A stretch of 64,000 nucleotides of DNA from positions 32,001 to 96,000 of IMG/VR virus record IMGVR_UViG_3300046355_000213. The stretch is one strand, 5' to 3'. Positions 8,337 to 20,100 of the stretch are shown here, in pieces (the first letter of the stretch is position 1; each line of letters opens with the position of its first letter). The notes beneath the pieces were generated by a model. It was given only the letters and a program-made list of their open reading frames with translations, did no database searches and was not told the DNA's origin. The DNA is from a virus. Position numbers and translations under genes: made by a program.

Positions 8337-11300
8337 ATTGTATCCGTATTCCCCACTCTTTACGGAAGTCATCATCAAAGATGGCTGTCATCTGTACAAC
8401 CTCTTTGGTTATAGGCATAAGCCTAAATAAATATTTCAAAGGTCTGGCTTCATCTGTTGTCTCAGAGTCGCCTGTAGCTACTCCCCAACCTTGCTTTAAC
8501 GTAGCTCCCAAGAATCTCTGGGTGTCCTCTGCCAAACTAATAATAGGCAAAGGAGACTTGATCAGGTTGGTAAACTCAATAGGGTTGTAGTAGAAGGCAA
8601 ACTCGTTGTAGTACTTAGACAAAGCCCTGGCTGTGTACTTGCGGATACCCGTGTACTCATCCATCTCATCATCATCTCCTGGTTTAACAGCCATGAGCAT
8701 CATGTAAAAAGCAATAAGAATCATGACCTCTCTGATGGCACTCTTTAAGTTACCAATGTGCATGTCAATGAATTCCGCTTCTGTGATGTTAAACTCCTCC
8801 CCATTTGCATAAGCATCTGCTTTCATGATGTGGTATCTGGCTTTAGCAGCCGCAATAGCACCATCCGAACCAAAACCTAATACAATACCTTTAAGCAACT
8901 GCCCGGCTCTTACGCTGAATAGCTCACCCATTAAACTGTTGAGCTTACCATATTGGTAAACATCCAGGTCACCGTCCTTGTAGAGGTTACCAAATCTTTC
9001 CTTAGCCATAGCCGGGATCCAGCTACGGAACTGCATCAGGGCCATGCCCCAGCTGTTGGTACGGATCAAATTGATGTCATCACTGGTAGAGTTACCAATG
9101 ATAGTCTTAGCTGCTTTTTTAACAGCGGCCCGGAACTTCTCTGAGTTCTCACTGCCCATGTCTACGCCAGGAATGGTCAGCTCATCATTTTCAATCTTGG
9201 CAGTGGCAAATAAACTCTTCTCTTGCTTGAGCTTGGCAATTTGTTCCTCCAACTTAGCTTTGAACTCTTTACGCTCAGCAGCCGGTAAGTTATAAAACGT
9301 ACTGTAGTTCATCTGGTCTTTCACATAGTTAGTGATGTTGACCAAATTACCACTTTCATCTACCATAAAGTTCTGCATCATGGCAATGGCCAGCGGGTTC
9401 TGTACGGCTTTGTCTGCAATACGCTGGAACACATACATGTTATCCAAACTAAAACTAGCTACTGCTTTAGATACAGAGAGCTTATTACCCTTGTTACGCT
9501 TACCGTCTTCCAGTAGCATATCAAAGTAGTCCAGCATAGCAATAGCTTTACTGTCTCTTTTGGTATACAGGTACATGGACTTAACCCAGTCGTCATTATT
9601 CATAACTACTTTCTTGGTACCCAATAAGAACGCGTTACCCGTACCACCTACAAACTGGGCAGAACCTGATAAAGGGTTTAGGGCTAAAGTCTTTAAGCTA
9701 AAGAAGCCCAGGATAAACTGTAGAGACTTCTGTGCAGAGAACGTCTTGCCAAACATCTTGACCTTTACGTCAAACTGTTCACCTGTACGTCTGTTGTACA
9801 AATAGAAATTAGTAAAGTCCTGCAGGATCTTGGCATTACGCTCATTACCCGGCTTGGTGTCAAGCTCTCCGTTAGGAAGTCGCTTACCTTCATTAAACAA
9901 GTTGGTGACAATACTCTCTTTGTTACGCTCCGCTGTGTTTAAGACAAACACGTCATCCTCCAAAGAGCTCATGCCCTCGTAGTTGTACATGTGACCACCC
10001 CAGATAGAGAATACTTTAAACAAGTCCTTGCTCTTTCTGTCGTAGTTTGGAGTAAGACCTCCATCATCTACACCGATGTCACGGGTAAAGTATACCGGCA
10101 CGCGGTTAAGTACCTCTCCTGTAACAGGGTCCTGGTCTGGAAAATACTGTGAGCCAGAGTCAATAGCCAGCTGCTCAAAGAAGTCACCACCGGCAAACAT
10201 TCCTTTGTTCATACCTCCAAAGACTAACTGATCCAATTTACCCTTGAACATAGATGGTATGAACTCCGGAGAGTACTCATCTATCATACCCAGGCGTTCT
10301 GCATGTCTGATCGTAGACTGGAAATACTTGTATGCCTCCATAGCAGGCTCGTTGCCTTTAGCACTAAGCTCTTTCCAACCGGCACTATGCCACTTGGCAC
10401 TAGGCTTTAAGAAATTATTCTTAGGGTTCAGGTATCCGTCCTGGTTAGGCTTACCCTCTTCATCTAAAATATTATGAGTATCTACCCATTTGTAGAAAGC
10501 TTTAGACACTGCTTCGGCATTAGCCTTCTCATCTGTCATAAACTTAGCCTCCTTGTAATACTCTAGTTTACGGGCTCTCTCCTTCTCATAGCGCTCACCG
10601 TCAAACTCCGTGTTCTCTGCAATCCACTTCCAGTCTCCTGTACGGATGGCCTGGTCACGCTGCCTGTAGAATTCACTGTCGTATTTTTTCAGGAAGTTAC
10701 CTGTCCACTTGCCGAGTTTAAAGTCCAGCATGATGTCAAATAACTTATCTCCCGTAATGCCTTTCTTTTTACCCCACTGCTCCAAAGCGTCTTTGTGCTT
10801 GTGAAGTTCTGTCATCATTTTGTTGAAGTCAGCATCGCGCTTGTTCTGCACGTTTCTAAGCATCTTGTAGAAAGTCTGTATGGCTTTAGTATCCAGCTGA
10901 GACAAAGAGTTAAATGTACCGGCTAAAAAGCTTACACCCTTCTCTGACTTCTCAAAGTTCTCTATACCCATACGCTGTGCAATAGAGCTGGCAATCTCTG
11001 TCAGGTTCTCTTCTACCTCCTCAAGGGTAGCTGCAGCATCGGCAGTCATTTGCTTATATACATCTGAGAGTTCTTTGAGGGCTTCAATGTCCTGCGTATT
11101 ACCAGAAGCAATGATATCGCGGTTGTAATCTGCAATGATCTTATTGATGATACCACTGGTAGAACTGAACACAGATAAAGTATCCAGGGCTGTGCGGATA
11201 TCCCTAGGAGTTAGGGCGTCATTGAGCATTAGCTCCCTGATACGGGCAACCTCAGTGTTACCCAGCTCAATAAACTTGTCAATAGATCCTCTTAGCTCAA

Positions 11301-14121
11301 GGTCACGGATAGCATCACGGTAGCGCTTAAGTTCTTCTTTTTGCTTGAACTTCTCTGCTGCCTTGAACTTCTTTTGCTCAATACGCTTATAGATACCGTC
11401 CAGCTTCTTGATCAACTTGTCCAGGTTCTTGTCTCCTGTAGTTTCATCTACAGATACTGGTAACAGGTAGTTTTGGTCATCCGGTATCATAGCCGGGTTG
11501 AAGTCACCAATCTCAATATTTTTCAGCTCCAGGTTGTCTATCTCATTCTTGGCATTCTTTAGGTACACATACTGGGTACGGATAGGAATAGCTCTTACTT
11601 TACCAAACTTGTTGAAGCCGTAGTGCTCCCTTAAGATACGCTTGTATTCTCCCAGCTGTATGCGGTAAGCCTGAGGCTTAAAGTCCTTGATCTCTGTCTG
11701 GAACTTGGCAATCTCCTGGCTCTTCCAGTCATAGATCTCTACTACTCCGCTTGTGGGAATCACGAGCAAGTCAATAGAACCTGCCATGTCAGCCTTAGGA
11801 TCGTAGATCTTTACCTCCTTCATGAACATGGTACCTACAGGATATGAACCAATCAGCTGCTCAAAGTAGCCATCTAACTTTTTCATGATCTCTGTACCTG
11901 CTGCTGCATGAACAACGGGTTGCTTGGCGTCACGCACAAGACCGGTAGCCGGATCAATATACGCCTCATAGATACTCTCCATCATTAAGTGGATAGCATC
12001 ACCGAACTCTGCCTTTAGAAGGTCAAGTTCCTTCTGGCGCTCATCTCTGCGGTCATTAGGGAATATCTTCTTGTAATACGCGTCTACCTTAGCCGTAGTC
12101 ACAGAGGTCTTCACCGGCCTGCCATCATGTTTATAGATGTGGCGCTTTTGCTTAGTCACCGGATCAATAGAGTTATCCAGGATAAGTCTGTTCTGCTCTT
12201 GCTTAAGTAAGTCTATACTACTTGCCAAAGAGAAGTAAATACCTTCCTCGGCATTGATTGATCCAAGATTACTTGTATCTGCAGAGCCGATCTGCTGTGC
12301 TGCTGCAGCAAAAGGATTGTCCTCAGCTTTTCTAAAAGTGTCTGTGATAATCTTCCATACTTTCTCCCACCAGGAAGCAAGCTTGGTGATTTTCTCCTGA
12401 GTCTCATTAGCAGTGTTGCCCTTGATGATATGCTCACTGATCACCTGGCCAATAGCTTCTTTCTTTAACTTAGTAAAGTTTACAGACCCATCCGGGTTTC
12501 TGTACTCTGGCAGGTTCTTGTATAGCTCTACTATTTCACGGTACAGTTGATAAGACGTGATGTCATTCATCATCTGCTTCATCAGCGGGTGATTATCTCC
12601 CAGCATGTTCACAAAGAAGTGAGCTGCCTCCTCTCCTAGTGTCCTGGCGTCCATAGAGCCCTCTGTGACCTGGATAATGCGGTTAAGCATGTCAGCCTTC
12701 GCATTGGCACTGATCGGCTGTCCTGAGGCATCTGTGATGCTGTCAACCGTTTCCACGCTTACCCCTATCTGGGATAAAAAATTTAGTACTTGTTGCTGGA
12801 GTTCCTGCTCTGAAGCCTGAGGGCTTGCAAAGAATTCATCCGGCAGGTTATCTTGCTGAGAGTCTTGTTGAGCCTGGAAGAGTTGGTACTGCTCTTCATC
12901 CTGCATAAGCTGCTCGGTAGTCTTACGGAAGTCTTCTAATATATTAGTAGCCACCGCATACGCCTGACCATAAAGGGCATTAGACTCAGTAATACCAAAA
13001 AGTCCCAGGATATAATCAAACAACTGGTCAAAGATATTGGCGTATTCTTTCTCTCCGGGTTTAGCTGGGATCTCCAGCAGCTGCTTTACAAACTTACCGT
13101 CTGTGAATATACCTACTATGAATTCATCCAGGTCTCTTAGGGCATAGTTGCCTTCACCGGTCTCATCATTATAACCTCCCAGCTTTTCTTTGGCGTAGTC
13201 AAACAAGTTCGTCAAAGCAGTAACTGCCTCGCCATTACTCTTAAGCTCATGGTAAGTCAGACTGTGCAGGATCTCATGGATAATAGTAGGCTCAGAGCCT
13301 GCTCCACGGAATTTAGAGTCCTGGTTAATAAAGATCTCATTAGTGCCTGGGTAGAATATACCTGCAGCGGTCATACCCCTGGCTTGTAAAGCAGGATGAC
13401 TGCCTGGTACCAGGGTAATCTTTACGTCATTAAGCTTAGCATAAGACATTAACTGTCCTGCCAGTTTATTTAAGGGATGGCCGCTGTCTGCAATCTTTTG
13501 CAAGACCTCAGTAGAACGTGTCTCTGTGCTTTCTGTAAAATACTTACGTCCCACGTTAGCATCCTGGGTATTCTTAGCCAGGGCTTTATTAAACACAAAG
13601 ATCTTGTATCCTGAAGGCGTCTGTCTTACCATAAACTTATAGTAAGGACTGCGGTTCAGGCTTGCTATCCGGTCATTGGTCTGCTTGATCTGCTCAGGCG
13701 TGCTGTACTTGACAAAACTGATCTGGCCATACTGGTTGATAAGGTTGAACTTCTTGTACAGGGCCTCATTGCCTTTTAAAGGCATTGGCATCTCAGCTGC
13801 ATTTTGATCCATGAAAGACTTCATAGCAGCATAACTAGGCTCACCATTGGTGTCCATGCCTTCTGTTAATTGTCCTTGGATAGAAGCTAAAGTCACTTCA
13901 TCAATGCCAGAGTCATTAAGCTGTGCTTTGATGGGACGTTCCCAGTCACCAAACCAGGACTTAAAATCATCTGTATAGGCAACTGCCCAGGCGTCTAAAG
14001 CTTCATCCTTATCAGGCATTACCTGGTTAAGGTCAGCAAAGAGCTGGGACTCGTTACCATTTGGTGCCGTCACTTTACTGACAGCACCGGTATTATCTCT
14101 AAATATGTGACATGAAGCCAT
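8335..14121 (-). CDS. large polyvalent virion/injected protein (zincin-like metallopeptidase + degenerate zincin + PD-(D/E)XK nuclease)
   Basis: 1928 aa. N-terminal FKSWFGDW...NGEP segment typical of polyvalent proteins; HEILH (13264-13278) with downstream DEF; EEAAH (12619-12633); GDAIH...E...AGSIDLL...IYDWKS...QLGEY nuclease motifs; adjacent to the RNAP gene. Confidence 0.75.
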   Translation of the reverse strand: MASCHIFRDNTGAVSKVTAPNGNESQLFADLNQVMPDKDEALDAWAVAYTDDFKSWFGDWERPIKAQLNDSGIDEVTLASIQGQLTEGMDTNGEPSYAAMKSFMDQNAAEMPMPLKGNEALYKKFNLINQYGQISFVKYSTPEQIKQTNDRIASLNRSPYYKFMVRQTPSGYKIFVFNKALAKNTQDANVGRKYFTESTETRSTEVLQKIADSGHPLNKLAGQLMSYAKLNDVKITLVPGSHPALQARGMTAAGIFYPGTNEIFINQDSKFRGAGSEPTIIHEILHSLTYHELKSNGEAVTALTNLFDYAKEKLGGYNDETGEGNYALRDLDEFIVGIFTDGKFVKQLLEIPAKPGEKEYANIFDQLFDYILGLFGITESNALYGQAYAVATNILEDFRKTTEQLMQDEEQYQLFQAQQDSQQDNLPDEFFASPQASEQELQQQVLNFLSQIGVSVETVDSITDASGQPISANAKADMLNRIIQVTEGSMDARTLGEEAAHFFVNMLGDNHPLMKQMMNDITSYQLYREIVELYKNLPEYRNPDGSVNFTKLKKEAIGQVISEHIIKGNTANETQEKITKLASWWEKVWKIITDTFRKAEDNPFAAAAQQIGSADTSNLGSINAEEGIYFSLASSIDLLKQEQNRLILDNSIDPVTKQKRHIYKHDGRPVKTSVTTAKVDAYYKKIFPNDRRDERQKELDLLKAEFGDAIHLMMESIYEAYIDPATGLVRDAKQPVVHAAAGTEIMKKLDGYFEQLIGSYPVGTMFMKEVKIYDPKADMAGSIDLLVIPTSGVVEIYDWKSQEIAKFQTEIKDFKPQAYRIQLGEYKRILREHYGFNKFGKVRAIPIRTQYVYLKNAKNEIDNLELKNIEIGDFNPAMIPDDQNYLLPVSVDETTGDKNLDKLIKKLDGIYKRIEQKKFKAAEKFKQKEELKRYRDAIRDLELRGSIDKFIELGNTEVARIRELMLNDALTPRDIRTALDTLSVFSSTSGIINKIIADYNRDIIASGNTQDIEALKELSDVYKQMTADAAATLEEVEENLTEIASSIAQRMGIENFEKSEKGVSFLAGTFNSLSQLDTKAIQTFYKMLRNVQNKRDADFNKMMTELHKHKDALEQWGKKKGITGDKLFDIMLDFKLGKWTGNFLKKYDSEFYRQRDQAIRTGDWKWIAENTEFDGERYEKERARKLEYYKEAKFMTDEKANAEAVSKAFYKWVDTHNILDEEGKPNQDGYLNPKNNFLKPSAKWHSAGWKELSAKGNEPAMEAYKYFQSTIRHAERLGMIDEYSPEFIPSMFKGKLDQLVFGGMNKGMFAGGDFFEQLAIDSGSQYFPDQDPVTGEVLNRVPVYFTRDIGVDDGGLTPNYDRKSKDLFKVFSIWGGHMYNYEGMSSLEDDVFVLNTAERNKESIVTNLFNEGKRLPNGELDTKPGNERNAKILQDFTNFYLYNRRTGEQFDVKVKMFGKTFSAQKSLQFILGFFSLKTLALNPLSGSAQFVGGTGNAFLLGTKKVVMNNDDWVKSMYLYTKRDSKAIAMLDYFDMLLEDGKRNKGNKLSVSKAVASFSLDNMYVFQRIADKAVQNPLAIAMMQNFMVDESGNLVNITNYVKDQMNYSTFYNLPAAERKEFKAKLEEQIAKLKQEKSLFATAKIENDELTIPGVDMGSENSEKFRAAVKKAAKTIIGNSTSDDINLIRTNSWGMALMQFRSWIPAMAKERFGNLYKDGDLDVYQYGKLNSLMGELFSVRAGQLLKGIVLGFGSDGAIAAAKARYHIMKADAYANGEEFNITEAEFIDMHIGNLKSAIREVMILIAFYMMLMAVKPGDDDEMDEYTGIRKYTARALSKYYNEFAFYYNPIEFTNLIKSPLPIISLAEDTQRFLGATLKQGWGVATGDSETTDEARPLKYLFRLMPITKEVVQMTAIFDDDFRKEWGIRIQ

Positions 14122-14139
14122 AGGGGTATTGTGGGGGGA

Positions 14140-17100
14140 TTAATTGCAACCTTTGTCTTTATCTTCTTTTACTTGGTCAATCTGAGCGCTTCTCACAAAC
14201 TTGCGTACACCTTCTGCATTGCGCAGTACCTCGGTAGCGCCTGTGCTTGCTACAGCAGCATTGAATATCACCAGCTTCTTGCGCGGACGTGACACGGCTG
14301 TGTACATCATGCGGTTCTGCTGTTCTGTTCCACCAGGGAATGACATGATATCATTCTCCAGTACATACGTTGAGTCATACGTACTACCCTGGACTTTATG
14401 AGAAGTGATGGCATATCCGTAGCCAATATCTACGATAGAACCTTTCAGGTCATAAAACTTTCTCCAGGCTGCCTTAGACTCAGACGTACCTCTTGTGTAT
14501 TTTTTAGCTGCAGCAGCTTCCTGTGCCAGGATAGTTTTCCACTTAGCCTTCTCCGTTGGGTTGATGGTCAGCATGGTTGACTTTCTTACGTTAGCCTCAC
14601 CGTTGATATCTACCACAGGAGTGTTAACCGTGATCTCATAGATAGGGAAGCCATACTTTGCAGAAACATCATTGCTGGTTTCTCTTACAGCAGATACTTT
14701 TCCTTTGAAGCCATTCTCAAAAGCAAGCTCTTTACCTACATAGTGAGGCGTGTTTACCCGTACAAAATCTCCTGGTAAATACGGCTGCTCCATAGCATCT
14801 TCAAACAAGGCTGTTCTTACCTGGCGGTTAAAGTTGTCTACTACTTCGTTACGTGCTCCTACAATTACTGATCCTTTTGTAAAGGCCGGATTATTATAAT
14901 CTGCTACGTACTCTGTAACCACAGCTTTAACGTCATTCATGAACTGTACACCCTCGCCGTTCTCCATCTTGTCAGCACGCTCCACTAAAGGATTCTTAAC
15001 CACACCTGGCTGGTCTTTTTGGATACGCTCAATGTTTACAGCAAATACATCTGTAACAGGGATGATAGGACTCTCTGAAGCCTGTCGCATACGCTCTGTA
15101 AGCTCCGCATAGTTAGTGCCCTGCATCAGGTTCCATACAGGTGAGTCTGTGTTATCAGCCACATCAATTGGCGGGATCTGAGCATTGTCTCCCATGAAGA
15201 TGATCTTTGCACCAGGAAGCTTTCTTTCCAGAAGTCTGCCATAGATAAAGTCTCCAATCATGGAAGCCTCATCCACAATGATCAGCCTAGCTGTCTCAAT
15301 AGGATCTGCCTTACCTGCAGCACGGAAGTCTGCTTCTTCATCAGCATTACGCTCTCTGAAATACATAGCGCCAAACTTATCATAGTCCGGTATAAGTCCC
15401 AGCATAGAAGCAATAGTGGCTGTCTTGTAGCCTTTCATAGACTCTTGCAGTACGTTCTTTGCCTCATAAGAAACTGTTGTACCTACAATAGAGTTCTTGC
15501 TTACTCCTGAAGTGGCAATAGCCTTCTGGATAATAGTGGTCTTACCTGTACCTCCACGGCCTTTTAGTAAGAACTGTTGAGCATCTCCTTTTAAGAATCC
15601 TTCTATCTTGTCAATAGCATCACGCTGTCCTTCATTGGCATAGACTCCTTCAAAGAGTTCATACTTCTTATCCAGCTTATCACCTTTAGGTTGCTCAACC
15701 GAAGCTTCAGTAGGAACAACAGACAAGCTATTACTCTCTGCAAAAGGATCTCCATCCCAAGGCACTAAGTTTTCCTCATTAAATAAGTTACCTGCCTGCT
15801 CATCTTGCTGTACTAAAGCGTCTGCTTTGTTGGCAATGTCAATAGCTTCTTGAAGTGTAGGAACATAGTCAGCTATGACACCATCCGGACCCTGGATATC
15901 GTAAGTACCGTCACTTCCTTTTAAGATAGTGAATGCACCAATTTCCAAGGTGTTTGGTGCCTCTGTATTCTCAGCTGCCGGTTGCTCATTAGCCACTTCA
16001 TTAGTCTCACTTTCAGGCATGATCACCTCTGGCTTAGCTACCAGTGCAGCATTGTCAGGATACATCTCCTCACGGGTTGTATTGTTATCAGCCAGCATAG
16101 ATGTAAAGCCTACGTTATTCACTTCAGTGTACATTTTATTGCTTCCTTTTTTGTTGACAGGTCTGAAGATCATATTACCTTTGCCGTCCTCTTTGTATCT
16201 CTCATAAAGTGTATGTACATACATCTTATCATACTGACGGTTTCTTCTCAGCTCTTCTATCTGGTCCTTAGAGTATGCTTTATTAAGTTTTACCACTTTG
16301 ACATAGGGACGCTTGGCAGTATCCATGTCTACGCTTACAGATAAGAAACCACCCATGTTCTTATAGAACTTGGCATTAGGAACAATACTGTCATCCATGA
16401 CGTTATTCTGGTGGAACTGCTTCCAGATACTGGCTGTGTTCAGCTCCATCTCCGGGCTGTTCTTAAACGCATCCAGGATTAACTTAGAAGTGTTTGAAAA
16501 GATCTCCACCGGCAACACGCGTACAAAGTTGAACGCTGTCTCCTGGTTGCCGCCCTGGATCATAGTTAAATAAGCCAGGTCTTTTAAGAACCCTTCAAGC
16601 TCAGTGTTACCTGAGTTGATAGCATACTGATACAGGTCTTTAGCAGAGTCTAGTGTCAGGTTAGTGCGGTAGCTGTCTGTTACACGTCTTAGCATCTTGA
16701 TGACATCAGGCTTGCCTTCTTCACTAGCAATCACCTGCATCAATTCTTTTAAGAACATGTTGTTCTGGATATTCTTATCTGTGCTTTCCTTGATTACTTT
16801 CAGTCTGCGGGCCATGCTGTTGTTACCCATCAACAATCTTTCTGCATGTGCTGCAATGTTGGTCTGGTTACCAGACTCATCCATGAAAGGTGTAGTCTGC
16901 ATGATGTAGTTAATCAGGAAGTCGTTGTACTTCATGATCAGCTCCTCTTGCATATCACGGGTTAAGAAAGCACCTGAGTCTAGTAAGTCTAGTGCAGGCT
17001 GGAACGCTTTTCTGGTACGCTGGTCAAGGGACACAAAGAATGGTGTGAAGAGTTCAAAGATGTCTTCTTTTTGCTTCTTCAACTCACCCATAAATGTGTT

Positions 17101-20100
17101 GTCCATGATACCCTCAGGGTTGGCAATAAAGCCCTTGCTGGATACTTTTCTCCAACGGCCTATCTGCATCACGTTTTCAGTGATACTCTTAGTCTTCACG
17201 TTGTCATAGCCAATACCGGAGATAAACTCAGTCATGTTAGAAGATTGTTCCTGGTACTCAAGGAAGTCAGCCAGTACGGCTATCTGCATCTGAGCATCGG
17301 CAGCAGTCATTACGTAATCCTTAGCATTCATACGCTGAATAGAATCCCGTAGTCCGGCCTCTGTCATTGTACCTACCTGCTTGCGGTTTACGTCTACCAC
17401 TTCTTTAAACATCTTCTTAACCAACTTGAGCTCCTTAAAGTTCCCGTCCTCAGTAGCTTGTACATATCTCTTGTATAAGCTTGTCTGCTCATTAGGGTAT
17501 AGAGCTTTGTAGTACGGTGTGATCATCTTCAAAGCAATTAAGAAGTCATTGATCTTATCACCAGACAACTTCTTGAACAAACTCTTGTTCTTAGCACGCT
17601 CCTTGAATAATCTGTCCAGTACCGGTTGGTTGAACATGTATGCTAACTCTGTAATAGGAACACCTAACTTCTGTAAGTAAAACCAGGTACCAGCTGTATC
17701 AATAGTGATATTCAGAGAGAACACAAACGGGTCTTTAGCAGCATCCACAAAGCCTGATAGGGCTTCATTGATTAAGTCAGAGATCATCATACCGTCTTGG
17801 GTAGTCAAGCTATCCAGGAACAACTGATTCTCCTCGTCTAAATTGTGGCTCAAGTTGATCTTCACATCACGCATACGCGGATTGTCCCCTAAGTTTTTCA
17901 CTACGTTGTTTACCAGGTAGTACAGTTTACCTGCATCATACTTACCCGTTAGTTTAGTTTCACCCAGCTGGGTCATCACTTGAGAAGTGATCTGCAGGGC
18001 AGCAATACCTACTAGTTTTTTACCACTTAAGAAACGGTGACGGATATCCGCTGAGTCAATTAAGCTTCTGTATATTGCATACTTAGAAGATGCTGTAAGA
18101 TCTTCCACACCTTTGAGTCTGTTGATCTCATCCGCCATGTTCTTCAGAGTATCTGTAGAGTTAGGCGTAATCAACTGACGCATGTTCTCAGGAAGTGTTA
18201 CCAGGTCCTGCATGATCTCACGATAGCGGTTCTGGATAGACTTCTTCACAGCTGCATCTAAAAATGCTTTCTTGCGTGACTGTACATCTTTCATCTCTTC
18301 TAAGAAGTCCTTAGTCAAAGACTCTGAGTCAAAGAATTTACTGAACACCTCACGGATCTTCTTGCCTTCTAAAATACTGATGCTCTCTGTTGCATTATAG
18401 TACAACTGCTCAGCAAGGAATGTATCCAGTAAAGCTTGCTCCTCAGGGGTGATAAACTCCCCTTTGTTGTAAAGCTTCTCGTAGTGCTCACGCGTAGCCT
18501 CCTGGGTACCTTTCCATTCGTAGTAAGAAGCTTTACCGTTCTTAGCTACATAGAAGTTAGCCAGGTACATCTGTAACTTGTCAATGTCAAAGTCAGATCC
18601 TGCTTTACCAGTGATCTCTGAAGGCACAACTACCATGTCACCCATCTCTCTTGGCAAGAAGCCTTTGATAGTGATACTCTCAATAGAGTTCATACCTTGT
18701 GTAGGGATACGGAAACCAAGGGCTTTTAAGATACGTGGGTCAATGTCTTTTACATTGATCACTCCGTTTACAGCGCCCGGCAGATTAACACCTTCTAAGA
18801 AGTTAGGAAGATAGACCTCCATGTTGGCAATCTTGCCGTTCTCCATACGGTAGAACTTCAAGTCATTGCTTACCATGCGTACAGAAGCTTGCTCCTCTAC
18901 ACTTAAGTCTTCCAGCTTCATACCTTTGGTAGAAGTCCAGACACCGTCTTTTAAGTATACAAAGCTTCTGCTCTTACTCTCAAATAATGTGCTGGCCACC
19001 TGTACTGCAGGCTTACCGTTCATCTTCTCTGAGATCACACGGCTGTCTACAATAGAGTTCAGGATATTGTCAATCTTCTTGCGGTTAGGCAGCGCATCTA
19101 ATGGGTAGCGGAAGTCAGTCTTGCCGTACTCATTTTCAATAGTGTCAATAGCATCAATGATGTTATCAGGCAGGTCACGGCTCTTAGCTTCTTTTCTTAA
19201 AAGAGAGACCATCTTGGACACGTCCTTCACAGAATACTTACCTGCGGCGTTACGGGTAACACCCAGTTCTTTGAGTAACTTTTCTTTACCCAGCATCACC
19301 ATTTGAGCCAGGATATTATTGTACTCTGTTACTAACTTCTCAGCCTCAGGGGAAGTATACTTACCTCTGAACTTGAAGTTAGACATGATGAGTTTAGTCG
19401 GCTGTGTACCACGAACTACCGCACTCTTAAATGCGTTAGGCATCTCTTGCTGAATACCCAAGTAACGGCTTAGTAAATTTTGTACAGGAATATCAGGCAG
19501 GTTAACTGCACCTTCTTCTTCTACGATGTTTACTTTACCTTCGCTATTGTAGATAGCAGCAAACTCACCTTTCTGGTTGAGCATGTTACCAACCTTCTGA
19601 CCAGACTCAAAACCAATAATGTCTATCTGTCTGTCTAAAGCACTTAAGTATAAGTTTTCAAAAGCAGTATTTTCTACCTGGCGGTAGAACTTAGGCTGCG
19701 TAGAGTTCTTTAAGAACACGGTGTGCATCAAAGGACTCTGTGGATTGTATCCAAAGTACTGAGGCTTCAATACCTGTAGAACAGTGCCTGGATTTCCCTT
19801 AGCTAATGTTGCTCTTGCAGCATCTAGTTGAGCCTCTGAGTATGATCGGTAAGCTACATGGTCTTCAGGCTTAGAGCTGCGGGCAATCATTTCATAAGCA
19901 ATTTCATAATCCCACTGAGCTTGTTGCTCGTGCGTCATGCGAGAGCTTAAGTACAACAGGTCACGGAACATGTCTGGCATGATCCAAGCCTGGGCATCAG
20001 CTTCGTTGATGTCTAAATACTTAGCTGCATCTCCGTAGTTCTTGCCCTTGCTATCTACTTTTAGTTTTACAAACTTTCCGTCTGCTGTAAACTCTGCACC

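Noticed and set aside
8198-8590. 130-aa + strand ORF
   Set aside because: It runs through the bidirectional terminator and overlaps two better-supported genes.
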